Assembly (NCBI GenBank): GCA_020891255.1
Contig: BQFW01000001.1
Coordinates: 2,170,001 to 2,234,000 of the forward strand
Length of the DNA: 64,000 bases
From: Entomortierella parvispora E1425
Taxonomy: Eukaryota; Fungi; Mortierellomycota
Direction of reading: 5' to 3'
The notes beneath the pieces are model-generated. The model was not told the DNA's origin. It searched no databases and saw only the letters and a list, made by a program, of their open reading frames with translations. The position numbers and the translations under genes were made by a program. Below, one piece after another: positions 53,201 to 64,000 of the stretch. Every line of letters starts with the position of its first letter. Position 1 is the first letter of the stretch.

Positions 53201-53683
53201 CTTGGAGAGGATCGGTCACAAGAGCAAGAAGAGTCCATTCTTACCTCATACAGTCAAGGATCCAAGACCATCTTTGGAAATGAACCTGGACGTCAGCCTC
53301 TTTCACACTCTGGATCCATGTTCTTCTTCCACTTCAAGAACCCAACACTCCTCAAGCGGTCCAATTTCAAGACGACCAACAAGGTCTTTATGAGGACAGA
53401 AACGATGTAAGCATGCACGGCCTTTTTTTTTTTTTCTTTTTTTTTCACGTCCTTTGATATCGGGCACACTGAAGGTATTTCCGTCACTAACAGGATAAAA
53501 TGAACTTTTCTCTTTTTTTTTGCGGACGAAATTCACAGGGACGAGGTCACTGCTCATTGGGAAAAGACCAGACATACCATGACACAAGAATTCAAGCGCA
53601 AGCACAAGTCTGCCTCAAGGAACAAGGCCAGAGCCACAAAGAGATTCAAGTCCAACCAACATGGCGATGGTCATGGAGGTTGA
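50220..53683 (+). CDS. NOL8/Nop8-like nucleolar RRM protein with long acidic tracts; 5 exons
   Basis: RRM with RAFIGGL, CRGFGYV and FNGAKWKGHVLKIEEA, then GWKRGRFGRPV, D/E-rich linkers, DSRFQL and a terminal TQEFKRKHKSA. Confidence 0.8.
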
Positions 53684-53852
53684 ACTATCATTCTCGACCA
53701 GTAATAATAAAAAAAAATCCAAAAACAATTCAAAATATTTGCTGTCAACCTCATCTGAGTAGGTCTTTCGGAATATGATATCGATGATTAAAAACTTGGC
53801 TCCCCTGATTTATCATGTATAGTAGGGGTAAGAGAGCAAAGATAAATGTATT

Positions 53853-56146
53853 CTATTGTCTATAGAACGCTGCGTCGCCGTCGCCATCGATATCTGGTTC
53901 AAAGCGGCAAAAACAAAGTCATACAGAGAAAACGCGTCAGAAAGGATGACACCCGCTGACCCCCACTCGAAGAAACATTGCCGACTTACCAATAAAGTCC
54001 GTGTCTGAGCCATGACCAGAGAAGGCGGATGATTTCTTGAGTCTATGAGCAACCGAGTGTACGGGTTGAGATTGGGTCGAACTGCTGCTGCCAGCACCGC
54101 TCACAGAGCCACGTCGACCACGACGATCATCATCATCATCATCATCGTCATCGTCGCTGGTCTGTGCTTCACTGCTAGAGCCATCGCGACTTCCAATAGC
54201 CTTCAAGCTGTCATAAAACGATAAGACTTGCCCATTTTTGCTTGATCCCGATCCTGGCGGTCGCTTGGAGGAGCTGGTCCCCCCTGCTGCAGAGGCCGCA
54301 GCAGCGGCGGCGGCAGCGGCCCTCTTTGGATTCGAACTGGACAGCTTTAAGGGTGCACTGCCACTGCTGACTCCGCTGCTTCCGTTTTGAAGACTGCGGC
54401 CATTCGCTAAAAGGAGATTGTCATCTAGAAAACCCAAAGATATTTCTCCCACAGGGGTCGGCGCCCTTGGAGTAGATCCAGTAGGTGGCGTATGGAGTCC
54501 AAGACCCTTGAGTTTGATGGAGCTGCTTCCCTTGGACGCTATTAAGATTGAATGAGGGCAGTCATCTTCCAGTTAGGATGTTGCCTGACGTTGTTATATC
54601 AACTCGATTTCCATGTTTTCAATAGTTTGACTCTCAAGGTTTACCTTTAGCGAGTAACGACGACTGAGTATTGGGTTATTGGAGAACACAGTTAGGCTAT
54701 GCATCGTCGATCATTGGGTCAAATATGTCGGTCAATGGCTACCTCCTCTATACCTTTTGATTTTTAGATCCAAAATCCAGAGCATCAGCTACAACGAGTA
54801 AAGGTCAACGATTAGCATCTAAAGAACAAAATCATGCGCATTCTGATTTGGAGAGTCTTTTCTTTCCAGCAGCCTACATTTTGGTTTTTTCACTTTGGAC
54901 GGGTTGGACGAGGATGACTATGGTATGTCCAAACGTGTGGTCAATAATGAACTCGTCAAATGGACTCATCAATTGAGCGGGGAGATTGCTATAGAAAAAT
55001 GACAAATGCTTCTTTACCTTGGTCGAGTTTGGGGTGCTGTATTCTGAGCTTCCGTTTGATCCGCCATTCCCATTGCCGTTTGAAGGAGCTCCACTACTTG
55101 CGGCATTCTTTTTACCTGAATTATGAAACCAACACAAAGACGCAATGGTGAATATATGAAGGAGAGAGGAACAACATTTGCCACTGCTCTTTCGTGCACG
55201 CCATACGTTTCTTTTCCATCAGATCCTTATCAGAATCACTGGCTTCACGGTCGTCTGAGTAGCTCACTGGAGTGAATGGGGATCCTGATCCAGCTCGTTC
55301 ACCGGCGCCCATCCTAAAAAGTCAAGAACGAACCGGTTGTGAGTGACTCTATCAATCAGTTCCATTTTTTGGTGGCAAAAAAAAAAAAAAATCGGCAGGA
55401 CAAAATCCTTTACCTGCGACTGGCGTTACGACTCGATGTCCTTCCCGACAATCCCAGGCATTTCTCCAGATGAGGTGCATATCTCTGTGCAGGAAACGAC
55501 CTCTGACAATGGACGCAGTCATAGGTCTGTGAGTTGGTTGTCTGGGGATTCTGTCCAAAGATGTCTAGTCCTGCTCGCACAACTAAGTTGAGCACATGTG
55601 AAGAGGGAGACGAGGGAAAGGTTAGATCGACTCGTAGCATAGATCAGGCAACGATCAAGGCAAGATATTCCAAGTTCAACATACTGTAGTTTCGACATCT
55701 GTCATTCCCAAACAAGAAAACAAAAAAGGGTCAGTTTCAACAACATGCTAGAAAAACAGTCAATAGTCTCAGCCTTCAAGGCCGGATCCATCCACTTGCC
55801 TATTTTTGCAAATTGGACACACGGATCGCATCTTCTTGGCATCTCTATGAGCTTCCGTAATCACATCCAAGATCAGGTCGTCCATGAGTTCACCCAATAT
55901 TTCAAAGGACTAAAAAAGAATAAAAGATGGGCGACGGTCAGTCTTTGCTGCAAGTTGATATGGATGGTCTGTGCCATAGCCTTTTTTTTCAAAAAAAAAA
56001 AAAAAAAAAAATCACGTCGCCCCACACACATTCACTCATACACGCACACACACAGACAAGCACGCAGACAAACACAAACTTACCAGACTTGCGAGTGAAG
56101 GGGCACCAACATCGGAGGCATCTCTGGCAGCAATCGACTTGTCCAT
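53853..56146 (-). CDS. SGF11: SAGA deubiquitination module subunit Sgf11/ATXN7L3; 11 exons with several micro-exons and one GC-AG intron
   Basis: [19 protein letters not shown] helix, CPICKNRCRNY, GLDIFGQ and the Sgf11 zinc finger [27 protein letters not shown]...SRNASRR. All junction phases that I checked are consistent. Confidence 0.9.
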
Positions 56147-57078
56147 GGCGCGTTTTGTATGGCGCAATAGTTCCAACTGCGAAGCTTGGTCCTTATGGAT
56201 CTTTGCAAAGAGACTAGTGTTTGAACAGAAAGAGATCCCCCGCAGAGCAATTGAAGCAAAAAATAGAATAAATAAAAGGACAAAAGAGAGTTCGATCTGT
56301 CCCTAGGACAAAGAACCAACAGGGGGGCACAAGGGCCTGCTTGTCGAGTACTTGGAGGAGCAGGAGGACCTGTTTGCCTATTTCGGCACTGGGCACACCC
56401 TCCTCCCCCCCACAGTAACTCACTCAGCCACGGAGCACAAAAGGGCCTAAAAAAGGGAGGGGAAAAGCATGGCCAAAAAACAAAGAACTTACGCCTCCAT
56501 GTCTGTGCTGGACATTGAGCTGCTGGTTCTGGAGAGTGGAGAGGACATGATGTGTTCTAGGTAGAGATTGGAGAGGATGGTGATCTGGAGACAATAAAGC
56601 GGGTATGAGGGGAGGAACAGCGGTGTTGAGGCTAGTCAGGGGGAGGGGGGCAGGGCAAGAGTGTCAGTGCGGGGGGGATACAGAGGGAGGGAGAGAAGTG
56701 AGGAGAATGAGAGACGAAACAAAGGGATGCGATGCAGCGTCGAATGAGCACAGCGGGTGGTTGCATTTGAAGAGGGTCGCGTCTCGATTCATTTTGCGGA
56801 GGCTCCGCTCCCTAGATTTTATTTTTTATTTTTTCTTTGATCCTTTCCCGAGGAACCAGCGAGGCCCAGCTGACCACGCGAGCCCTTGTTATTTTTTTGG
56901 TGCAAAAAGAGAGAGGCGTGCTTGCCTTGTTTATTAAAGACTTTGCCTTTGTTCTATATCGTTAGCACAGCTCACGTCATGAAACAATGGCAGAGATGTC
57001 AGGGTGAAAGGTCAGCCTCTACTTTTAAGCGTCTAGACTCTAAAGTCTCGCTCTGTCTCTCCTTTTTAAGAAACAAGC

Positions 57079-59204
57079 TTAAAGCGAGAAGGCAATGGCC
57101 AAGAGACCGAGAACAGCGGTCATAGCACCGGCAACAGTCTTGGTGGCAGCGCCGCTACCGCTACCGCCAACCTTCATGTTCAGGCAGGAGATGGCGCGGT
57201 CAGGGACGGGCATGCTAGAGTTCGTGGCAGTGCAGTTGGCACTGCTCAAGAGCTGCTCAGGCTGGCCCTTAGCAACGTTACGGATCCAGTTGTAAGGGGT
57301 ACCGGCAGGGAGGAGCTCGGGGTGAATGGCAAGGATCATATCCTGAAGAACGGCATCGTCCATGACCACAGCAGCAGCGAACCAATCACGACCGTCGTTA
57401 GGGTTGACGAGTCCATCCTCACGGAAGATGGCCTTGTTCTGGACAATCTTGAGGGAGGAGCTGGCAGACAAACCATAGCTGGTATAAACGTCCTGGATAG
57501 TAGTGCCCTCTTCGGTCTCATCAATCATGATATCAATGTCCTGGATAGCCGCCAAGAATGCAGCCGAGGTGTTGAAGCTCAGGACACCCCCAGTTCCGTT
57601 GAAGAAGGTACCACCGGCATCAACGGTGAAGTCGACCTTGTAAGCAGCATCGGAGATAGTCCAGGAAGCGGTGTTGTTGTTGTAGGTGGAAGGAGCATTA
57701 TACGTGGTCCAAGCAACCAAAGGCTTGGTAGTCGCAGCAGAGGCGGCCTTCTTGAAGCAGTTGTAGTTGTCGTTGATGCTGCCAGTCAAGTTCTGGGCCA
57801 TCTCCTCCAAGTTGAAGAAGGTGGCGTAGAACTCGAGCCACTCAGCACGCTAGATGGAAAACCAAAAAAAAAAGAGGCCACCGTTTCGGTTAACTTTGTT
57901 GCTCATCTTTGTGTTCAAGATGCGCGTGAGAGCGTGAGTTATTCCCCGTGCGTCAACTTCTGGCCTGGTCCATCTCGTTCTCCACTTCCATCTTCAAGAT
58001 AGAGTTGTACTGTACCGCAATGCCTTCCATTCACAGACCATTGCGATCTTTTGGTTTGCGATTGCCTTCCAGGCTCACATCCTGCTCTCACTGTTGGCCA
58101 TGGGATAGACTCCTGTGTCCGTTCCACTTGTCGCAACGAGGGTCCAAAGAATCGAGGTACTTCCTCTTTTGTTTTTGTTTCCTTGTTGAAAAGGTTGTTG
58201 GGGAAGCAGTTCAAGAGAGAGAATGAAAAAAAGGACAACTTACGTTCAATGGGCCAGGATCCTCAACCTCGGAGGTGATCACGGTCTTGTTAGCGGGCGT
58301 AGAAGCATAGCTAGAAAAGATCAGATCCACAGCTTCGAGCTGTTGAGCAAGCAGGGTAGCGTTGTTATCATCGAGCCCAATAATCTCATTCTGCTCCAAC
58401 CCAAGTTGGACGCAGGGCGAGCTAACCAACCCCTCAGTGTCGACTTCCTTAATGGCAACGCGCTCTCCGAGCATCTCCAGGTAAGAAACCGCGGTGGTGT
58501 CCAAAGCAGCCACGTTCGTCACGGGGATATCGAAGAAGACGGTGGTGTTGCTGAAACCAGAAGCAGCTGGGGCAGGAGTTCCGCATTGCGTGAGAACATA
58601 TGTGGTGTTCACAAGAGGATCAGTGTTCTTCACAACTTTGTAGTTGTTGAAGTACTTGACGCTGAAAAAGGTAGCAGTGTCAACTAGAGCAGGTCAAAAG
58701 TGAAGGAGCACCAGAGAGGAACAGGTTAGAAACCGAGTTTGCAAAAAAATAAAAGAGTTCCGAGAGATATGAATGGTCGAGGCCACAAATCAAAAAGGAA
58801 TTTGATGGGTCAGTGGACTCCAAAGCGGATCCTGAAAAAAAAAATGTGTTTGCCATTCATCCAACAAGAATGGCTCAACTCTGATGTTGCTCCGTCCTGA
58901 TTTTTTCTCTTTCTCTTTTTTAGCCGGTGCTGCTTCATGGGCATCACTTACCCTGGATCTTGACGGGGAAGTAGTCCTGGGAAGCGTTGTAGTTGGTCAC
59001 GCAGCCAGGCGCTGCTATGGTCCCTTGCCCGGCTTGCGCCGCCGCAGGCATGACCAAGAAAGGAACCAACATCAAGAAGGCGCAGATCGTGTGGGCGTAG
59101 TACTTGCTGAAGACGCTCTGGCCGTAAAAGGACACGGGCTGGGTCCAGCGAGGAGTCTTGCCACCCTGGTTGGTGGGAGGGACGGGCATGCTTTGAGCGG
59201 CCAT
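57079..59204 (-). CDS. Secreted, probably GPI-anchored class III (helical-backbone) solute-binding protein, CBA1/BtuF-like; 3 exons
   Basis: Hydrophobic signal ending in PAAA-Q, CVTNYNASQDYFP, FSVKYFNNYKVV, YVLTQCGTPAP, PLN|RAEWLEFYATFFN, many N-glycosylation sequons, and a C-terminal GSGSG plus hydrophobic tail. Confidence 0.8.
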
Positions 59205-60132
59205 GGCTGATGGAGAAGAGAGGGAGGTGGGGGGGACGGAGGAGGAAGGGAAAAGTTCAAAGAAAAAGAAAAGGAAAAAAAGGGAGAAAAGAGTGTCGGC
59301 AGTCTCTGCCTTTAAGCGGCTCGCTCGCCCGCTCTCTCCAGAGAAGGTTCATTCGCTGTTCATACCCTCGCGTCTCTTTGGTCAAATATCCTCAGCAGAC
59401 AGCGGTGTCCGTTGGGAGATGAACCATAATTCAGACTGCCTGCATCGCACCAAAAAAAAAAAAAAAAAAAAAAAAAACGTGGCTCACAAACACCACAACA
59501 AACGCTCATCTCTCCCTCTTTTTGTCTGCTGGACAGAGGTCTCGATCGTTCGTCTTCTTGCTGACGAGACAGTGGACGAGAGCATGAACCCAACCCAGGC
59601 AAGCAGTAGGGTGACCGTGAGTCGGAGCCCTCGGATGACTACAGTGATGGATCCGAGCCTTCGTTTGGAAGTTGAAAAGGTTTCACTCTTGATAAGACGT
59701 TTGTCTCTTGAGCTGCAGGCAGTAGCAGGGACCAGCTGACTTGCAGTGTCCCTCCACATCTCGGAGTGCACGAAGAATATTCTTGGTCGATGCAGTTGAT
59801 CGAGATGCAGTCGTGCACTGTGAAGTCTCGTGCAGACAAGTGTGGATGAATCGTTTGTTGAGGAATGGAACTCCGTTTGCGCCTGGTACTCTTTTTTTTT
59901 CTTCCGGAAAGACCGCATCTGTCTTTCAGGAACAATGCACAATGCACACAGGACCTTTTTTTCGGACCACAAAGCTTGATAATATCCTAATATTTCCCAC
60001 GCTGTCATTCTAGGAATTTGATTTACAACGATTACTGATGCTCGTTCATTTATTGTCAATAGGACAAGGCGTTGGTGCGAGGATATGCGGATGATAGGGG
60101 ATGAATAAATAAGAATGTACAAATGGAAGGAC

Positions 60133-61784
60133 TTAGACGCTGAGCTCAGCCTTGCTCTCAGTGGCCAAGACATCGGCAAAGGGCTTCAAGGCGGGCTGAA
60201 CGTAGTTCTTCAAGAAGCGGTCGACCTGCTGAGGGGCACGACCGGTAAAGGTCGAGGGATCCATCAAGGACTTGAGCTCTGCCCAAATAGGCTCAAAGTA
60301 AGGGTCCTTTTGGATGCGCTGGATCAAGTCGTTCTCGCCTCCCTCCTGCTTCACAACAGCGCCAGCCTCATGAGAGAGGACGCGAATGTGCTCGTGGCAC
60401 TCCTGACGGTCACCGCCCTTCTTGACCATGGCCATGATGATGTTCTCGGTGGCCATGAAAGGAAGCTCCTGGTTGATGCGGCGCTCAATGACCTTGGGGT
60501 AGACGACCAACCCTTCCGAGATGTTTTGCAACAAGGTCAAAAGAATATCCATGGTCAAGAAAGCCTCGGGCAAGCAAATGCGACGGTTGGCACTAGAGAA
60601 CGGGAACAATAAAAGAAACGCGTGTGAGTAAAAAAAATCGAGATCAGATGTCGTCTTGATGTTCAAAGTTATATCCTGAGAATTACCTGTCATCAAGAGT
60701 GCGCTCCAACCACTGGACACTGGCAGTACCAAGGGCATCCTGAACCAAAATCTGAAGATGGCGAGCCAAAGAGCAGGCACGCTCGCAACGCATAGGGTTG
60801 CGCTTGTAAGCCATGGCAGAGCTTCCAATTTGGTCCTTCTCGAAAGGCTCCTCAATCTCCTTCAAGTTGGCCAAGAGACGGATGTCGGTGGCGATCTTGT
60901 GAACGGTGGCACCAAAAGAGGCCATGGGCATCAAGATATCAACATCAATCTTGCGCGAGTAGGTCTGGCCAGTGACAGGGTAGTACTCCTTGAATCCGGA
61001 AAGCTCGGTGACACGCTGATCCAAGTCCTCGACCTTCTGGTGATCACCCTCGAAGAGGGCCAGGAAAGAACCCTGGGTACCGGTGGTGCCCTTGACACCA
61101 CGGAAACCGATATCCTCACGGGCGCGGGTCAAGTTACGCAAGTCCCAGAGAAGCTCCTGGATCCAGAGGGTGGCACGCTTGCCAACGGTGGTGAGCTGGG
61201 CGGGCTGGAAGTGGGTGAATCCGAGAGTGGGCAAGTTCTTGTACTGCTCAGCAAAGGCGCTCAAACGCTGGATGACACGGGCCAACTTGGGCAAAAGGAT
61301 GTCGAGACCATCACGGAGGATGATCAAATCTCCGTTGTCGGTGACATAGCACGAGGTGGCGCCCAAGTGGATGATGGGGGCAGCCTTGGGGCAGACAACA
61401 CCGAAAGTGTGGACGTGGGCCATGACATCGTGGCGACGCTTCTTCTCCTCGGCATTGGCCAACTCGTAGTCGATATCAAACTATGTGTTGAGTAGAAGAA
61501 GATAAAGCGGGTCAACAGTGAATCGACCACTCCAGTCTGCTTGTCTGCCTCTGTCATTAGGCGCGTGGGTTGATCAGCCAGGAAAGGGTCTTTACAATGT
61601 GCTCCTTCATCTCCTCGATGGCACCGTCGGGGATCTCAAGACCAAGCTCCTTCTCGGCGATGGCGAGGTTGAGCCAAAGCTTGCGCCAAGTGCTGAAGCG
61701 CTTGTTGTCCGAGAAGTTGGCAGCCATCTCGGCCGAGGCATAGCGGGAGGTCAAGGGCGACTGGTAGCGGGCGTGGGGGTCCAT
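60133..61784 (-). CDS. ADE13: Adenylosuccinate lyase; 3 exons
   Basis: [51 protein letters not shown], the signature [16 protein letters not shown], and ERTLDDSANRR. Confidence 0.97.
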
Positions 61785-62423
61785 GGCGAGAAGTGGAGGA
61801 GAAATGAGGATGAAGGAGAGGAGCGAGATTCGCCGGCGCGAGGAGATAAACACCGATATGCGCTTCCCCGCACTGCCATGGCCAATGGCCGCCGTGCGGA
61901 GAACACTTTCTCTTTTTGACTCAGCACATGTATCAGTTTGTGTGTTGTTTGTGTGTGTCTGTCTGTCTGGCAAGGCAAGGGAGAAGGGCAATGCAGTGCA
62001 TCAATTGAAACGAACAGTCACTTTGTTGTTGTTAGATCATGTGACGTGACTGCCCCCTCGCCTGCCGCAATGCAGTTTGCAGTTTGCAGTTTGCAGTTTG
62101 CAGTTTGCGCCCCCAGCGCAGGCTGCGTTGGTTCGACCCTGTGTGCATCCACGGCCCTTTTTTTTCTTTTTTTTCTTGTTTTCTTGACTTTCCTCCCCTC
62201 TCAACCTTGCACACCCTTTGTCTGCGACCTTTCCTTCTCTCTCTTCTCTTTCTTCCTTCCCCCCTTTCCTCTCAATACCCGCTCTTTTCTGACCCTCTGT
62301 TCCCCCTGCTCCCTGTCAGCCGACATCTGCTCATTTGGCTCCCTTCCACTTCAAATCAGAAGTGAACCCCTCTCTCCCCATTCATTGACCCTCCTCGAGT
62401 ACAACCACTCCTAATATCACATA
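61785..62423. promoter_or_regulatory. Bidirectional promoter for ADE13/BRF1 with a TGACTCA (Gcn4/AP-1/Bas1-type) site at 61917-61923
   Basis: Divergent starts are 639 bp apart. TGACTC sites are known in yeast ADE promoters; their function here is inferred only. Confidence 0.4.
62071..62108. repeat. (TGCAGTT)x5 heptamer tandem repeat in the ADE13/BRF1 divergent promoter
   Basis: tgcagtt repeated five times followed by tgc. Confidence 0.85.
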
Positions 62424-64000
62424 ATGGCCTGCAGATACTGTGGCGGAAACAGTATCGAGTATGATGCTGGTCAGGGAAACGCAACCTGCACAAACTGTGG
62501 AGCCGTAAGTATAACCTTCCCCTCCCCTCTCACTCCTCTCCTACCTTCACTATTGAGATTGAAAAAAAAAAATGCAAAATCCACAATGTCAGACCTCTCA
62601 CAATACACTTTTTGATACTGCACCCTTTAGGTTTTGGAAGAAAATACCATTATTGCCGAGATCTCCTTTAACGAGAGCGGAGGAGGGGCTGCATCTGTTG
62701 TAGGAACATTTGTGGGCGAAGGCAAAGGTAATCCTCGATCCTCCAGAATCCAACGGTCGTTGTCACGGAGAAATGAAATGGGACCTGCAGGGCTGGATCG
62801 TGAGGTTCACTCTTTTTTAACTCGATTTTTTATTTTTTTTTATTTTTATTTTAGCTGGAGCTCGAAGCACAGGTCCAGGACGGAGACAGACAAGTCAGGA
62901 ATCCAGAGAAAAGACACTTGAGGCCGCTCGGAGACGTATCCAAGCTATGGCCGTTGCGCTCAAGTTGAACGAGCATCATGCTGATGTTGCTCAGCGCTAT
63001 TTCAATCTTGCCATCACCAACAATTTTATTCAAGGACGAAGAAGCGAGCATGTCGTGGCCTGCTGTCTTTATATTGTTTGTCGTGTGGAGAGGACGACCC
63101 ACATGCTGATCGACTTTTCAGAGCTTCTTCAGGTGAGTCTCAATTTTCAACAAAGCTCTTTGTCGACCCAAAATGTAGAAAATGTTGACAGAAAACTAAG
63201 AAAAAAAGCCTTGCTTCATGATCCACTTTTCAACCCTATTAGCTGAATGTATTCAAATTGGGTGTCACTTTCCTACACCTTTCAAGACAACTCAACCTCC
63301 AACTGCCCCTTGTGGATCCTTCCCTCTATATCTCTCGATTTGCCACCATGCTGGATTTTGGAGAGGATACTCAAAGAGTCGCCAACGATGCACTGCGACT
63401 GGTTTCGCGTATGGATCGTGATTGGATCAGGACAGGTCGTCGGCCAGCTGGAATCTGTGGCGCTTGTCTGCTCATTGCCGCCAGAATGCATCATTACAGA
63501 CGATCGCAACGTGAAATCATTCAGGTCGTGAAGATTGGAGAATCCACGCTCAGGAAACGGTATGTGTGGAAGGCGCGTGGTATCTGTCTCGGACCGTATA
63601 CATGAATGCCGTCATCAACGGAAAAAAACTAATATTTTGTCTCTGTGATGAATATCCCATGAATAGACTGGACGAATTTGCAGCAACACCTTCAGGACAG
63701 CTCACAGTGTCTGATTTCCGGGAACTTTGGCTCGAAGACGCAGCGGATCCACCTGCGTTTGCAAAGACTAGAAAGAGATCGCATTGGGAATTGGGCGAAG
63801 ACGAAGAGGAGGAAGATTTAGTTAACGAGGAGATTATTCGTCGCGGAGAAATGGGCACCTCTAAGATCTCTTTGGCAGGCGTTAAAGAAGGCGCTGAAGA
63901 AGAAGAGCCTGGGCACTTGGTAACGGAAACTACCACTGGCTCGCTCCTTGCCCCTGGGATGAATGTTTCAGCAAATCACTCAAATGGAACTAGCGATGCG
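62424..64000 (+). CDS. BRF1: TFIIIB subunit Brf1 (TFIIB-related); runs past the window end
   Basis: Zn ribbon CRYCGG...CTNCGA|[68 protein letters not shown]. Confidence 0.95.

Noticed and set aside
59340-59400. TPP riboswitch upstream of the CBA1-like gene
   Set aside because: CTGAG and ATACC lie on opposite strands, and the GAACCTGATC core is absent.

Overview
Gene-dense, intron-rich fungal genomic DNA of roughly balanced GC. It is most likely an early-diverging fungus such as Mortierellaceae; this is inferred from gene content (class C GPCR, CBA1-like binding protein), polyQ-rich proteins and poly-T introns. I reconstructed 18 protein-coding genes by splicing them by hand: a Sel1-repeat protein, an MFS transporter, PGM3/PCM1, proteasome beta7, a Q-rich orphan, a class C GPCR, Sec61-gamma, ADA2, an MIT-domain protein, XRN1, an SPX-EXS protein, a mitochondrial FabG-like SDR, a TUG-like UBL protein, a NOL8-like RRM protein, SGF11, a CBA1/BtuF-like surface binding protein, ADE13 and a partial BRF1. 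I found no tRNA, rRNA, CRISPR array or recognisable transposon. The best leads are: (1) a probably GPI-anchored CBA1/BtuF-like cobalamin-binding protein; (2) a GABA-B-like GPCR with a PH-like cytoplasmic module; (3) a strongly structured, snoRNA-like RNA in ADA2 intron 1; (4) an MIT plus DM14-like candidate ESCRT-III regulator; (5) an internal AG|GT site in an XRN1 intron (recursive or NMD-coupled splicing). All family assignments come from motif recall, not database searches.
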